Shown here piece by piece: positions 18,780-28,526 of a stretch of 64,000 bases of DNA. Source of the stretch: an uncultured Actinomycetes bacterium (GTDB lineage Bacteria > Actinomycetota > Thermoleophilia > UBA2241). How positions within the stretch are numbered: position 1 is the first letter of the stretch; every line of letters begins with the position of its first letter. Position numbers and translations under genes: made by a program. The DNA is taken from NCBI GenBank assembly GCA_963725665.1, contig CAVRZA010000002.1, positions 288,001-352,000 on the forward strand, read 5' to 3'. The notes under the pieces are model-generated. The model ran no database searches, was not told the origin of the DNA, and saw only the letters and a program-made list of their open reading frames with translations.

Positions 18780-20286
18780 CTACTTCACCTTGCTGATGTC
18801 GATGTTGAGCTGCTTGATCTCCGTCAGCTCGTCGAAGCACCAGTCGCTGAGCTCGCGGCCCAGGCCGCTCTTCTTCACGCCGCCGAACGGCGAGAGCTGA
18901 TCCCAGCAGTTGTTCGTCTCGTTGATGAGGACCGTGCCGCACTCGATGCCCTCGCCGAGCAGGAACGCGGTCCGCAAGCTGCTCGTGAAAGCCGCGCCCT
19001 GCAGCCCGTACGGTGTCTCGTTGGCGATGCGCAGGCACTCGTCGATGTCCTTGAACGTCATGATCGGCGCCACGGGGCCGAAGGTCTCGTCGCGCGCCAT
19101 GAGGAAGTCGGAGGTGACGCCGTCGACGATGGTCACCTCCGAGTACATGCCGTCGATGGTGCCGCCCATGAGGAACGATCCGCCACGCTCGCGCGCGTCG
19201 TCGTAGTGCGACTGCACCTTGGCGACGTTCGAGAGGTTGTTGAGCGGACCCATGTCGGTGTCCTCGTCGAGCGGATTCCCGACCTTGACCTGGCCGGCTC
19301 GCTTGACCAGCGTATCGACGAACTCGTCGTGGATCGCCTCGTGCACCAGGATGCGCTCTGAGGCGGTGCACACCTGGCCGGCCAGATAGAAGCAGCCGGT
19401 GATCGTGGCCTCGACGGCCTCCTCGATGTTGGCGTCGTCCATGACCACGAGAGGACCGTTGCCGCCGAGCTCGAGCATGAGCCGTCTTGATGCCGGCGAT
19501 GCGCGTGAGGCGCTCGCCGGTCACCGTCTCGCCTGTGAAATGGATGGCGTTGGTGCCCGGGTTGCTCACCAGCTCTTCGCCGACGACACCACCCGGTCCG
19601 GTGACGACGTTGACGGCGCCGGCGGGGAAGCCGGCCTCCTCGAAGATCTCGGCCAACATCAGGGCGCTGTACGGCGTGGTGCTCGCCGGCTTGAAGATGA
19701 CGGCGTTACCGGCGGCCAGGGCGTGGGTCGCGGCGATGTTGGGGATGTCGTGCGGCCAGTTCCACGGCGAGATGATGCCGATGACCCCCATCGGCTGGTG
19801 GATCACCAGGATGCGCTTGTTGAGGGTGTCCTCCTGGATGGACGGGTTGACCCGACCGCGATACCGCTTGATGCCTTCGGCCGCCTCGATGAAGTGCGGG
19901 GCGGAGTAGTGCTCGATCTCGTCACGCGCTTCGGTGATGGTCTTGCCGCACTCACGGCAGAGGACGCGCGCATCGTGCTCAAGGCGCCGGTAGGCGATCT
20001 CGGACGCCTTGAAGAGCAGCTTCGCGCGCGCCGGGATAGAGAGCTTGGCCATCTCCTTCTGGGCCTTGCGGGCTCCGGCGATGGCCGTCTGCACGTCGGC
20101 GGCGGTGCCCTTGGGCACCGAGCCGATCAGGCTGCCGTCGCCGGGGGAATAGACGTCGAACCGCTCTCCGCTCTCGGACTCGACCCACTCGCCGCCGATG
20201 TACATCTTGTAGTCCATCGGTGGATCGGCGGGCGCCGGGTACGGCGTTGGATATGGGCCCTTGGCCCGGACTTCAGTCGTCGCCAT
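18780..20286 (-). CDS. NAD(P)-dependent aldehyde dehydrogenase; one extra base near 19485
   Basis: IISPWNWP, FKPASTTP and FTGETVTG in one frame; LELGGNGP, AGQVCTA, ETFGPV and PFGGVKKSGLGRE in the next (AAG-A-CGG CTC ATG). Confidence 0.93.
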
Positions 20287-20359
20287 GGCTCACGCTCCCT
20301 TCAAGCTCGTGTGAACGGCGGTTTGTTGGTTCCTGGAGCCGGCCTGCGTCAGGCCGCTT

Positions 20360-20420
20360 ACTTACCCGGATGGATAAGTCTCATGGCTCGCAAACTAGCA
20401 CGGGCGTTCTCATGGTGCAA
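20360..20420 (-). promoter_or_regulatory. ALDH promoter (TTGCAC-17-TAGTTT) with putative TetR operator 3 (ATCCATCCGGGTAAGT, 20375-20360)
   Basis: Hexamers at 20415-20420 and 20392-20397; the operator starts 16 nt after the -10. Confidence 0.7.
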
Positions 20421-20490
20421 GGTGTCGACGGACCGGAGGAGGTGTCCGACGAGGAAGGCCTGACCTCGGCCCCGCCCCACCGCGGGGCGG

Positions 20491-21168
20491 CTACGCCTCG
20501 CGGTCAGCCGGGCTCTTTCCCTTTGCCTTGGCGGCGGCCGCCTGCGCCTCACGCTTGCGCTTGGCGACGATGTCGGTCGCGCCTTTCGCCTTGCCAGAAG
20601 TGGCTGCGAGGGCGGCGCGCGCGCGACCCGAGACGAACTGACTGCGGTCGCGCGCCAGCACCTGCATGAGCTTGCGCGCCTTTGGGTCCTTCATCTCTCT
20701 CAGCACGTCGACCATGGCGAGCTTCTGGTTACCGGGCCAGTAGGAGACCTTGCGCACGATTTCCTTGTTGGACTCGGGCTGGTCTACCATCACGAGGGCG
20801 CGCGCCGACTGGTAGCGCACGACCGGCTCCGGAGCGTCGAGGAGCTTGAGCAGCCTGGCGATGGCCTTCTCGTCGCCGCGCAGTGCGGCGCCCGTCAGCC
20901 GGCCGACGCCGCGCACTTCGAGCACCTTCTTGTCGTGCTCGATCTCCTGGGCTCGCATCCGGCGTCCGACGACCCAGAGCACCGGCAGGCTTATACCCAC
21001 CACCTCGATTCCCCAGATGGCCCAGTAGAGCTTGACGTTCTGCTGACGCCATTGCTTGAACTCCTCGCTGCCTCCCTTGACGGCCGCGCCCACCAAGCCC
21101 GAGATCGACCAGGTGAGGACGGCGACTACCAGGATGATGGCGACGAACACGAAGGATCGGTTTCTCAC
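20491..21168 (-). CDS. Two-TM membrane protein with cytoplasmic HEAT-like repeats
   Basis: Two hydrophobic N-terminal segments; AIARLLKLLDAPEPVVRYQSARAL and LARDRSQFVSGRARAAL. The GTG start at 21168 is inferred. Confidence 0.7.
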   Translation of the reverse strand: MRNRSFVFVAIILVVAVLTWSISGLVGAAVKGGSEEFKQWRQQNVKLYWAIWGIEVVGISLPVLWVVGRRMRAQEIEHDKKVLEVRGVGRLTGAALRGDEKAIARLLKLLDAPEPVVRYQSARALVMVDQPESNKEIVRKVSYWPGNQKLAMVDVLREMKDPKARKLMQVLARDRSQFVSGRARAALAATSGKAKGATDIVAKRKREAQAAAAKAKGKSPADREA

Positions 21169-21260
21169 GCGTGGACCTGCCGGAGACGAGGATGGCCGTT
21201 GACGAGGGGGGCCGCCGCGGCGGCGCTGGCTACGCGGCGCCGCGGCGGCCCCCCGTTCGA

Positions 21261-22208
21261 TCAGCCCTGCACCTTCCAGTACTTCTCCACTTTCTCTGGA
21301 GTGAGCTCGACGATGAAGCCGCGCAGCAGGCCCTCGCCGTACTCCGAGCCGGGGTTGATGCACAGGGTCTCGCCGATGTAGGTGAAGCCGCTCGACTCGT
21401 GGATGTGGCCGTGCAGGCCCAGCATCGGCTGGTACCTTTCGATCACGTCGCGCACCGCCTGCGAGCCGACGTGGATCATCTCGACGCCGCCGACGCCCGA
21501 GGCGACCTTCAGATCGGCGCTCAGCTTGGGGGCCAGGTCGATGTCGGTGTCCTTGGGCGGGCAGTGGATGTTCCAGATCGAGTTACGCACGTCCTTGAGC
21601 CAGCCGATCTTCTCCTCGAGCATCTTCTGCATGCCCTTCTCGTCGGTCTCGCGCGGCGTGTCCCAGGGAGTGGGCGTCACGTACTCATTGCTGATGAGCT
21701 CGTGGCCCTCGAGGTCGAGGACCTTGTCGGTGGGGTAGATGATCCCCCGGTCCGCGTACTCCTTGATGGCCTCGTCAAGCTCCCTCGGATCGTCGTTGCC
21801 CGGCATGACGATCGACTTCACCTGCGAGGTGTCGATCTTCTCGCACAGCAGCTCCAGCCACTGCCGCATGCGCTTGACGACCTCGCGCTTCATGGTCTGG
21901 TCGACGAGATCGGGGTTCTTCTTCATCTCCTCGAGCCCGCCGCGATCGATGCGGCAGAAGTACATGCCGCCGTTGGCGAGCTTGCGCTCCCAGTCGACGA
22001 TCTCCTCCTCGCTCTTCAGTTTGACCTCTTGGCCGAAGTAGCCCGACTTCGAGTACCCCTTGCCGTAGTCGATGATGGGCACGAGCGCCTTGCCCGCCAA
22101 GTCGCCGCAGAGCATCAGGCAGTCGCATTCGTACATGCTGATGGCGCTGATCCACTTGCGCCACACCGTCTCCGCGCCGTGCACGTCGACCGAGTAGAAG
22201 ATCCTCAT
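21261..22208 (-). CDS. Icc-related metallophosphoesterase
   Basis: SVDVHG, CGDL, MPGNDD, IHCPP, GLHGHIHES and INPGSEY motifs. Confidence 0.9.
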   Translation of the reverse strand: MRIFYSVDVHGAETVWRKWISAISMYECDCLMLCGDLAGKALVPIIDYGKGYSKSGYFGQEVKLKSEEEIVDWERKLANGGMYFCRIDRGGLEEMKKNPDLVDQTMKREVVKRMRQWLELLCEKIDTSQVKSIVMPGNDDPRELDEAIKEYADRGIIYPTDKVLDLEGHELISNEYVTPTPWDTPRETDEKGMQKMLEEKIGWLKDVRNSIWNIHCPPKDTDIDLAPKLSADLKVASGVGGVEMIHVGSQAVRDVIERYQPMLGLHGHIHESSGFTYIGETLCINPGSEYGEGLLRGFIVELTPEKVEKYWKVQG

Positions 22209-22497
22209 TCGCTGCGCTCCTTTCGCGAGTAGCGAAGGGCTACCCTCCCCTAAGGAGAGGGGAGCCCGTGTCTTCCCGGCTGTCTGCCGCCGGCGGGATC
22301 TCGGTGAGGATCCCGTCCGGATCCATCACTTCCCTGCGGATGCGATTGTACATCCGCAAGACAGGAATGCTCTCGCGCCACATGCGTGAGGCGCCGCAGG
22401 CAATCCACTATACTTTTCGCGCCGAACTCGGGCGCAGGAGGGACCGAACGGGTAGAGGAGCGGCAGGGGGAGTGGAAGCACCTCAGAGGAGCGCGTC

Positions 22498-23790
22498 GTG
22501 ACCGCGGACATGATCGTCTCGCTGGCGATCTTCACCGTCGTCCTCGTCCTCATCCTGACCGAGAAGGTACACCGCACTATCCTGGGCATCGCCGGGGCCT
22601 GCGTGATGGTCGGGGCCGGCAAGCTGATGGGCTTCTATGGCGAGGGCAAGGCCCTGCTCGCCATCGACTTCAACGTCATCGGCCTGCTCATCGGCATGAT
22701 GATCGTCGTGGGCATCCTCGCCCCGACGGGCTTCTTCGAGTTCCTCGCCCTCTACGCCGGCCGCCTCTCGCGCGGTAACTCGTTCCGCCTGTTGCTGTTC
22801 CTCGGCGCGGTCACGGCGGTCGTCTCGGCGCTCCTCGACAACGTGACGACCGTCGTCGTGATCGCGCCGGTCACCATCGTCCTCTGCGAGATGTTCGAGG
22901 TCAGTCCGGCGCCGTTCCTCCTCTCTGAGGCGCTGTTCTCCAACATCGGCGGCGTCGCCACGCTCATCGGCGACCCGCCCAACATCATCATCGGCTCGGC
23001 CTCCGGCCTTAGCTTCAACGACTTCCTCATCAACTCGGCCCCGCTGATGGTCGTGGTGTGGATCGCCGCCGCGCTGTCCTTCGTGTTCCTCTTCCGCGGC
23101 GAGCTGGCCATCCATCCCGACCGCTTCGCCCACGTCGAGACCCTCGACCCCTGGAAGGAGATCAAAGACCCGGTCGTGGCACGCAAGACGCTCATCGTGT
23201 TCGCGGGTGCCATCGTTTTCTTCGTGCTGCACAGCGCGCTCGATCTGACGCCGTCGTTCATCGCCCTCTCGGCTGCCGCGCTGGCTCTGCTGTGGGTCAG
23301 GCCCGACGTGCACGAAACGCTTCAGCGCGTGGAGTGGAGCGTTCTCATGTTCTTCGCCGGCCTCTTCGTCATGGTCGGTGGGCTCGAGGCTTCGGGCCTT
23401 ATGGAAGAGGCGGCCAAGAGTCTGGCCGCGCTGAAGGACTTGGACCCAGTCATCGTCGGCATCATCATCATCTGGGTCGCCGGCCTGCTCTCGGCGGTGG
23501 TCGACAACATCCCCATTACGATCGCGATCATTCCGGTGATGGTGGGGCTGCAGAAGGAAGGGATCGACATCGGGCCGCTGTGGTGGGCCCTTGCCTTCGG
23601 AGTCGGACTGGGCGGCAACGGCACTGTGATCGGCGCCTCGGCCAACGTCGTCGTCGTGAGCCTCTCCGAGCGCACCGGGACTCCGATCACCTCCGCCTAC
23701 TGGACGCGCAAGGGGCTGCCCACGATGCTCATCACGCTCACAGTGTGTAGCGCGCTCTACGCCGTCGCCTACTACGTGCTGTACACGTGA
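22498..23790 (+). CDS. ArsB/NhaD (P-protein-like) ion transporter
   Basis: SALLDNVTT, SNIGGVATLIGDPPNIII, SAVVDNIP and GLGGNGTVIGASAN. Confidence 0.92.
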   Translation: MTADMIVSLAIFTVVLVLILTEKVHRTILGIAGACVMVGAGKLMGFYGEGKALLAIDFNVIGLLIGMMIVVGILAPTGFFEFLALYAGRLSRGNSFRLLLFLGAVTAVVSALLDNVTTVVVIAPVTIVLCEMFEVSPAPFLLSEALFSNIGGVATLIGDPPNIIIGSASGLSFNDFLINSAPLMVVVWIAAALSFVFLFRGELAIHPDRFAHVETLDPWKEIKDPVVARKTLIVFAGAIVFFVLHSALDLTPSFIALSAAALALLWVRPDVHETLQRVEWSVLMFFAGLFVMVGGLEASGLMEEAAKSLAALKDLDPVIVGIIIIWVAGLLSAVVDNIPITIAIIPVMVGLQKEGIDIGPLWWALAFGVGLGGNGTVIGASANVVVVSLSERTGTPITSAYWTRKGLPTMLITLTVCSALYAVAYYVLYT

Positions 23791-23975
23791 CCCGTTCTGA
23801 CCCCGGCGATGTGCGACGTGCCCCGGGCAGTGGGGTCGAGATCGACGCTCGCGCCTAGCCGGTTCCAGGCGAGTTTGCATATACTTTCTCAAGGGTGGGG
23901 ACCCGTCGAGGGTGGCATCTCTCGCGAAGCCCCATGTGTCGGTCCGGGACTCCGCTGGAGAGAGGAGAGACAGCC

Positions 23976-24365
23976 GTGGCCAAAGCCGTGGACCGCGAGA
24001 CGGCGAACGTCGGTGCCGGCAACTGGAAGGGCCTCGGCATGTGGGCTTGGCTGCTCTTCCGCGTCGCCGGCGTGGTCATTGCCATCTACCTCTTCGTGCA
24101 CATCGTGATCATCTCGCAGGGGCGCATGACCGGCGCCTCGACGCTGGACAGCATCTTCAAGACCTTCGACAAGCCGCTCTTCGTGCTCCTCGACCTGCTG
24201 CTCGTCTGGGCGGTGCTCTTCCACGGCCTGAACGGCGTGCGCGTGCTGCTCATGGACGTCGGCGTCGGTGTGCGCAGCCACAAGGCCGTCTTCGTTTGCG
24301 CCATGGTGCTGGCCGTGGCCTTGTTCGTGTTCTTCATCGTGGCCGCCTGGCCGTTCGTGTTCTAG
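23976..24365 (+). CDS. sdhC: Succinate dehydrogenase/fumarate reductase cytochrome b subunit
   Basis: GMWAWLLFRVAG, YLFVH and LFHGLNGVR; first gene of the sdh operon. Confidence 0.88.
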   Translation: MAKAVDRETANVGAGNWKGLGMWAWLLFRVAGVVIAIYLFVHIVIISQGRMTGASTLDSIFKTFDKPLFVLLDLLLVWAVLFHGLNGVRVLLMDVGVGVRSHKAVFVCAMVLAVALFVFFIVAAWPFVF

Positions 24366-24373
24366 GAGGAGTG

Positions 24374-24826
24374 ATGGCGCAGGAGACAGTCGGCGCAGCC
24401 CCTCGCGCGGCCGCCCCGTCGCCCGCGGCCTCCGGGCCGGTGCCGGTCGGCGCGGTGCGCGACCTCGATCGCAAGCAGCTCGACGAGGCGCGCGGCGGTG
24501 TCTGGGGCTGGTTCATGCAGCGCGCCACCGCCGTGATCCTCATCGTCGGCCTCGGCACCCACCTCGTGGCGACGCACATCCTCAACATCGGCGAGCTCAG
24601 CTACGACAACATCGCCGCGCGCCTCGCCGCCGTCTTCTTCATCGTGATCGACGTCGGCCTTCTCGCGGCGGCCATCTTCCACGGCCTGAACGGCCTGCGC
24701 ATGGTCCTCCTCGACTACTTCTGGAAAGCCCGCCGGCAGCGTCTGGTCTTCGCCTATCTGCTCTGGGCGTTCGGCATCGCCTTCTTCGTCTTCGGCCTCT
24801 GGGCCCTGTGGCCCTGGATCACCTGA
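24374..24826 (+). CDS. sdhD: Succinate dehydrogenase hydrophobic anchor subunit
   Basis: WGWFMQRATA, GTHL and FHGLNGLRMVLLDY. Confidence 0.88.
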   Translation: MAQETVGAAPRAAAPSPAASGPVPVGAVRDLDRKQLDEARGGVWGWFMQRATAVILIVGLGTHLVATHILNIGELSYDNIAARLAAVFFIVIDVGLLAAAIFHGLNGLRMVLLDYFWKARRQRLVFAYLLWAFGIAFFVFGLWALWPWIT

Positions 24827-24837
24827 CGGAGCGGGCG

Positions 24838-26547
24838 GTGGTGCACCACCAGCTGATCGTCGTGGGCGGCGGCCTCGCCGGGATGCGGGCCGCGATCGAG
24901 GCCAAGCGCGCCGGCATCGACGTCGCGGTGCTCTCCCAGGTGCACCCGGCGCGCAGTCACTCGGGCGCGGCCCAGGGCGGCATCAACGCCGCCCTCGCCA
25001 ACGACCCCGAAGGACACGACGACACCCCTGAGAAGCACGCCTTCGACACCGTCAAGGGCTCCGACTACCTCGCCGACCAGGACGCCGCCTTCACGATGAC
25101 GACCGATGCCGTCCCGGCGATCTACGAGATGGACCACTGGGGCTGTCCCTTCAGCCGCTACGACGACGGTCGCATCGCTCAGCGACCCTTCGGTGGCGCC
25201 GGCTTCCCGCGCACCTGCTACGGCGCCGACAAGACCGGTCACTACCTGCTGCACACGGTGGTCGAGCAGGGCTACCGGCAAGACGTCACGATGTACGTCG
25301 AGCAGTTCGTGGTGGCGCTCCTCGTCGACGACGGCGTCTGCCGCGGCGTGATCGCCTACGACATGGTGCGTGGCGGCTTCGGGGCGTTCCTCGCTGAGGC
25401 GGTGATCATGGCCACCGGTGGCGCCGGGCGCACCTACATCAACACGACCAACGCCATCATCTCCACGGGCTTCGGCGCGGCACAGGCCTACTACGCCGGC
25501 GTGCCCCTCAAGGACATGGAGTTCGTGCAGTTCCACCCCACGGGCTTGCGCACGACGAACATCCTCATGAGCGAGGGCGCCCGTGGTGAGGGAGCCTATC
25601 TTCTCAACGACCTGGGCGAGCGTTTCATGTCCAAGTACGCGCCGAAGGCCATGGAGCTGGCGCCGCGCGACATCACGGCCCGCTCCATCCAGACCGAGAT
25701 CAACGAGGGGCGCGGCATCAACGGCCAGGAGTACGTGTACCTCGACCTGCGCCACCTGGGCGAGGCCAAGATCGCGGAGCGGCTGCCCGGTATCCGCGAC
25801 CTGGCCATCCACTTCGAGGGTGTCGACCCCGTGTCCGAGCCGGTGCCCATCGTGCCCAGCCAGCACTACACGATGGGAGGCATCGACACCGACGCCGACG
25901 GCGCGACCGTGCTTCCCGGCCTCTACGCCGCCGGTGAGTGCGCCTGCGTCTCGGTGCACGGCGCCAACCGTCTCGGCGGCAACTCGCTCCTCGAGACGAT
26001 CGTGTTCGGCCGCCGCGCCGGGGCGGCGGCGGCGGCGTTCATCGCCGGTGGCGGCGCGGGCGGCGCCGACGGCGCCGTGACCGCCCGCGCCGCCGACGGC
26101 GCGCTCGCCGCCATCCGCGATCGCGTCGAGCGCCTGCGGCACGGCAGCGAGCAGCCCTACGCCATCCGCGCCGACATGATCGCCACCATGAAGGAGCACT
26201 TCGGCGTCTTCCGCGACGAACGTCGCATGGCCGAGGGGCTCGAGAAGATGCGCGCGCTCAAGGAGCGCGCCCGCCACGTGAAACTCATGCACGGCGGCGA
26301 CTTGTTCAACCTCGACCTCATCCGCACCATCGAGCTCGAGGCCATGGTCGACGTGGCCCTGGCCACCGCGACCGGCGCCCTGGCGCGCACCGAGTCGCGC
26401 GGCTCGCACGCGCGCACCGACTACCCCGCTCGCGACGACGTGCTGTGGCTCAAGCACACACTCGCGCACTACGAGCCCGGGGGCCCGCGACTCGAGTCCA
26501 AGCCCGTCACCCTAGGCATGTTCGAACCACAGGAGCGCAGGTACTGA
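24838..26547 (+). CDS. sdhA: Succinate dehydrogenase/fumarate reductase flavoprotein
   Basis: GGGLAG, RSHSGAAQGG (covalent-FAD His), QFHPTG, HYTMGG, HGANRLGGNSL, ESRGSH. Confidence 0.97.
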   Translation: MVHHQLIVVGGGLAGMRAAIEAKRAGIDVAVLSQVHPARSHSGAAQGGINAALANDPEGHDDTPEKHAFDTVKGSDYLADQDAAFTMTTDAVPAIYEMDHWGCPFSRYDDGRIAQRPFGGAGFPRTCYGADKTGHYLLHTVVEQGYRQDVTMYVEQFVVALLVDDGVCRGVIAYDMVRGGFGAFLAEAVIMATGGAGRTYINTTNAIISTGFGAAQAYYAGVPLKDMEFVQFHPTGLRTTNILMSEGARGEGAYLLNDLGERFMSKYAPKAMELAPRDITARSIQTEINEGRGINGQEYVYLDLRHLGEAKIAERLPGIRDLAIHFEGVDPVSEPVPIVPSQHYTMGGIDTDADGATVLPGLYAAGECACVSVHGANRLGGNSLLETIVFGRRAGAAAAAFIAGGGAGGADGAVTARAADGALAAIRDRVERLRHGSEQPYAIRADMIATMKEHFGVFRDERRMAEGLEKMRALKERARHVKLMHGGDLFNLDLIRTIELEAMVDVALATATGALARTESRGSHARTDYPARDDVLWLKHTLAHYEPGGPRLESKPVTLGMFEPQERRY

Positions 26548-27263
26548 TGCCCGAAGCCACCTTTCGCATCCAGCGATTCGACCCCACGCGCGACACCGCC
26601 CCCCGCTACGAGGAGTTCCGCGTGCCGTACGAGGGGAACATGACGGTGCTCGAAGGGCTCTTCTACATCCAGGAGCACCTCGACGCCTCGCTCAGCTTCA
26701 GGTACTGCTGCCGGGCGGCGGTCTGCGGCTCCTGCGCCATGTACATCGGCGGTCGCTACCGGCTCGCCTGCCAGACGAACCTGCGCCACGTGGGCGACGA
26801 GATCTCGATCGAGCCCCTGCCTCACCTGCCGCTCGTCAAGGACCTCGTCTGCGACATGACCGATTTCTTCGCCAAGTTCGAGTACGTTCGGCCGTGGCTG
26901 ATCCGTCACTCGGAGGACCCTGAGAAGGAGATCTCCCAGTCGCCCAAGCAGCGCAAGAAGCTCGACATGCCCATCGACTGCATCCTCTGCGGCTGCTGCA
27001 CGAGCTCCTGCCCGTCGGCCTGGGCCGACAGAAACTACCTCGGCCCTGCGGCGCTGCTCTGGTGCTACCGCTTCGAGGTCGATTCGCGCGACGAGGCGCA
27101 CAAGGAGCGCCTACCGGCCTTCGACAACGAGGACGGCTCCTACCGTTGCCACACCATCACCAACTGCGTCGAGGCCTGCCCCAAGAGTCTCAACCCCACC
27201 GAGGCCATCCAGTGGCTCAAGGGCGCGGCCGTGCGGCGGCGCATCCTCGGTCGCCTGAAGTAA
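26547..27263 (+). CDS. sdhB: Succinate dehydrogenase iron-sulfur subunit
   Basis: CRAAVCGSC...LAC, CILCGCCTSSCP and CHTITNCVEACP. Confidence 0.96.
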   Translation: MPEATFRIQRFDPTRDTAPRYEEFRVPYEGNMTVLEGLFYIQEHLDASLSFRYCCRAAVCGSCAMYIGGRYRLACQTNLRHVGDEISIEPLPHLPLVKDLVCDMTDFFAKFEYVRPWLIRHSEDPEKEISQSPKQRKKLDMPIDCILCGCCTSSCPSAWADRNYLGPAALLWCYRFEVDSRDEAHKERLPAFDNEDGSYRCHTITNCVEACPKSLNPTEAIQWLKGAAVRRRILGRLK

Positions 27264-27384
27264 CTCTCCGCCGCCCTTCTGCGGAAGACCGCCCGGGGGT
27301 TGTTCTCGATCCCCGTCTTTGCGACCCCTCGGGGTCGCCGATCCTCGCGTGGCCCGACGCGCCGCGTCTCGCACTCAGCCGGGC

Positions 27385-28329
27385 CTAGAGACGGTCGATC
27401 GTGGCGAGCAAGACGCCCAACAGGGTCACGGCGGCGGCCAGCGCGAGCCTCCTGCCGAAACGTTCCCGCAGAACGAGCACACCGAGCAGGATGGCGAACA
27501 AGGGCGCCGTGGAACCGATGAGCACCGTGAGCACAGGGCCGATGTGCTCGATGACGAGGTAGTAGAGGATCGAGAAGAGGGCCTCGAGCAGCCCCGCGAA
27601 GACGATCAGCAGCACGACCTTCCGCCGCTCGGCGGAGTGAAGTGGGTGCACGAAGACCCTGGCCCGCCGCCAGAGCACGATACCGCCCAGCATCGCCAGG
27701 CCCATCGTCTGGCTCTGTAGGATCATCGTCGTGCTGGCACTGCCGACGGACTGCAGGGCGAGTTGGATCAGCACCGGCCCAAGACCCCAGCCGGCGGCCG
27801 TCACGAGCGAGAGCAGCACGACCTCCAGGCGGCTCGACTCGGCGTGTCCGGGGGTGGGCGGGGCGGCCACCTCGGCGGCGACCGCCGGGTCGGCGTGCAT
27901 CCACCGTGAGACGAGGAGTATGCCGCCGGTGGCGACGGCCAATCCGAGGACCGTGAGGCCACCGATCGCGGTCCCGATGAGCGCGGCTGAGAACAGAGCG
28001 GCGAAGAGGGGGTCGATGCTCGTGAGCGGCGTGACGACCCCGACGCGGCCGCTGCGCAGGGCGTAGTAGTAGGTGTTGAAGGCGACGAGCCAGGTGACGA
28101 CGGCGGCAATGCTGATATAGCCGACGGCGGGCCACGTCATGGCGAAGGTCAGGCTCCAGAGGTGCAGCACGGTGAGCGGCACCGTGAGCGCCAGTAGAGC
28201 CGTCAGGGACGCGATGCGCACCAGGAAGTTGGTGCCCAACGGCGTGACGTACTTGAGGACGCTCTTGTTGAGCACCACGATGGTGCCCCAGCAGGCGGCC
28301 TCGATGAAGGCCACGCCGACCCAGATCAC
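27385..28329 (-). CDS. EamA/DMT family transporter (start uncertain)
   Basis: Two EamA repeats (AACWG...PLTSIDPLFAALFS; AAGWG...STAPLFAILLGVLVLRERFG). The ORF-track N-terminus runs through a palindrome and is probably non-coding. Confidence 0.85.
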   Translation of the reverse strand: MIWVGVAFIEAACWGTIVVLNKSVLKYVTPLGTNFLVRIASLTALLALTVPLTVLHLWSLTFAMTWPAVGYISIAAVVTWLVAFNTYYYALRSGRVGVVTPLTSIDPLFAALFSAALIGTAIGGLTVLGLAVATGGILLVSRWMHADPAVAAEVAAPPTPGHAESSRLEVVLLSLVTAAGWGLGPVLIQLALQSVGSASTTMILQSQTMGLAMLGGIVLWRRARVFVHPLHSAERRKVVLLIVFAGLLEALFSILYYLVIEHIGPVLTVLIGSTAPLFAILLGVLVLRERFGRRLALAAAVTLLGVLLATIDRL

Positions 28330-28367
28330 GAAGGTCGCCGAGATCGCTCCCCCTCCCGGAGTTGGGC

Positions 28368-28425
28368 TGGGCGCGGGGCGGCGGGCGGGGTCACGGCCGT
28401 GACCCCGCCCGCCGCCCCGCGCCCA
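28368..28425. repeat. Perfect 58-bp palindrome with no loop
   Basis: TGGGCGCGGGGCGGCGGGCGGGGTCACGG|CCGTGACCCCGCCCGCCGCCCCGCGCCCA. Confidence 0.92.
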
Positions 28426-28526
28426 TGCTATCAGCCTCGTGGGCATGCGGTCGCTGAGGCGGGGGCCCGCGTCCGCGATAGACTACCGCCCTGGAATCAC
28501 CGGCACGGGAGACGAACGGAGAGGCC

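Noticed and set aside
16078-19478. 1402-aa ORF extending the ALDH N-terminus
   Set aside because: Artefact of the extra base near 19485; the extension is antisense to the permease and mtbB.
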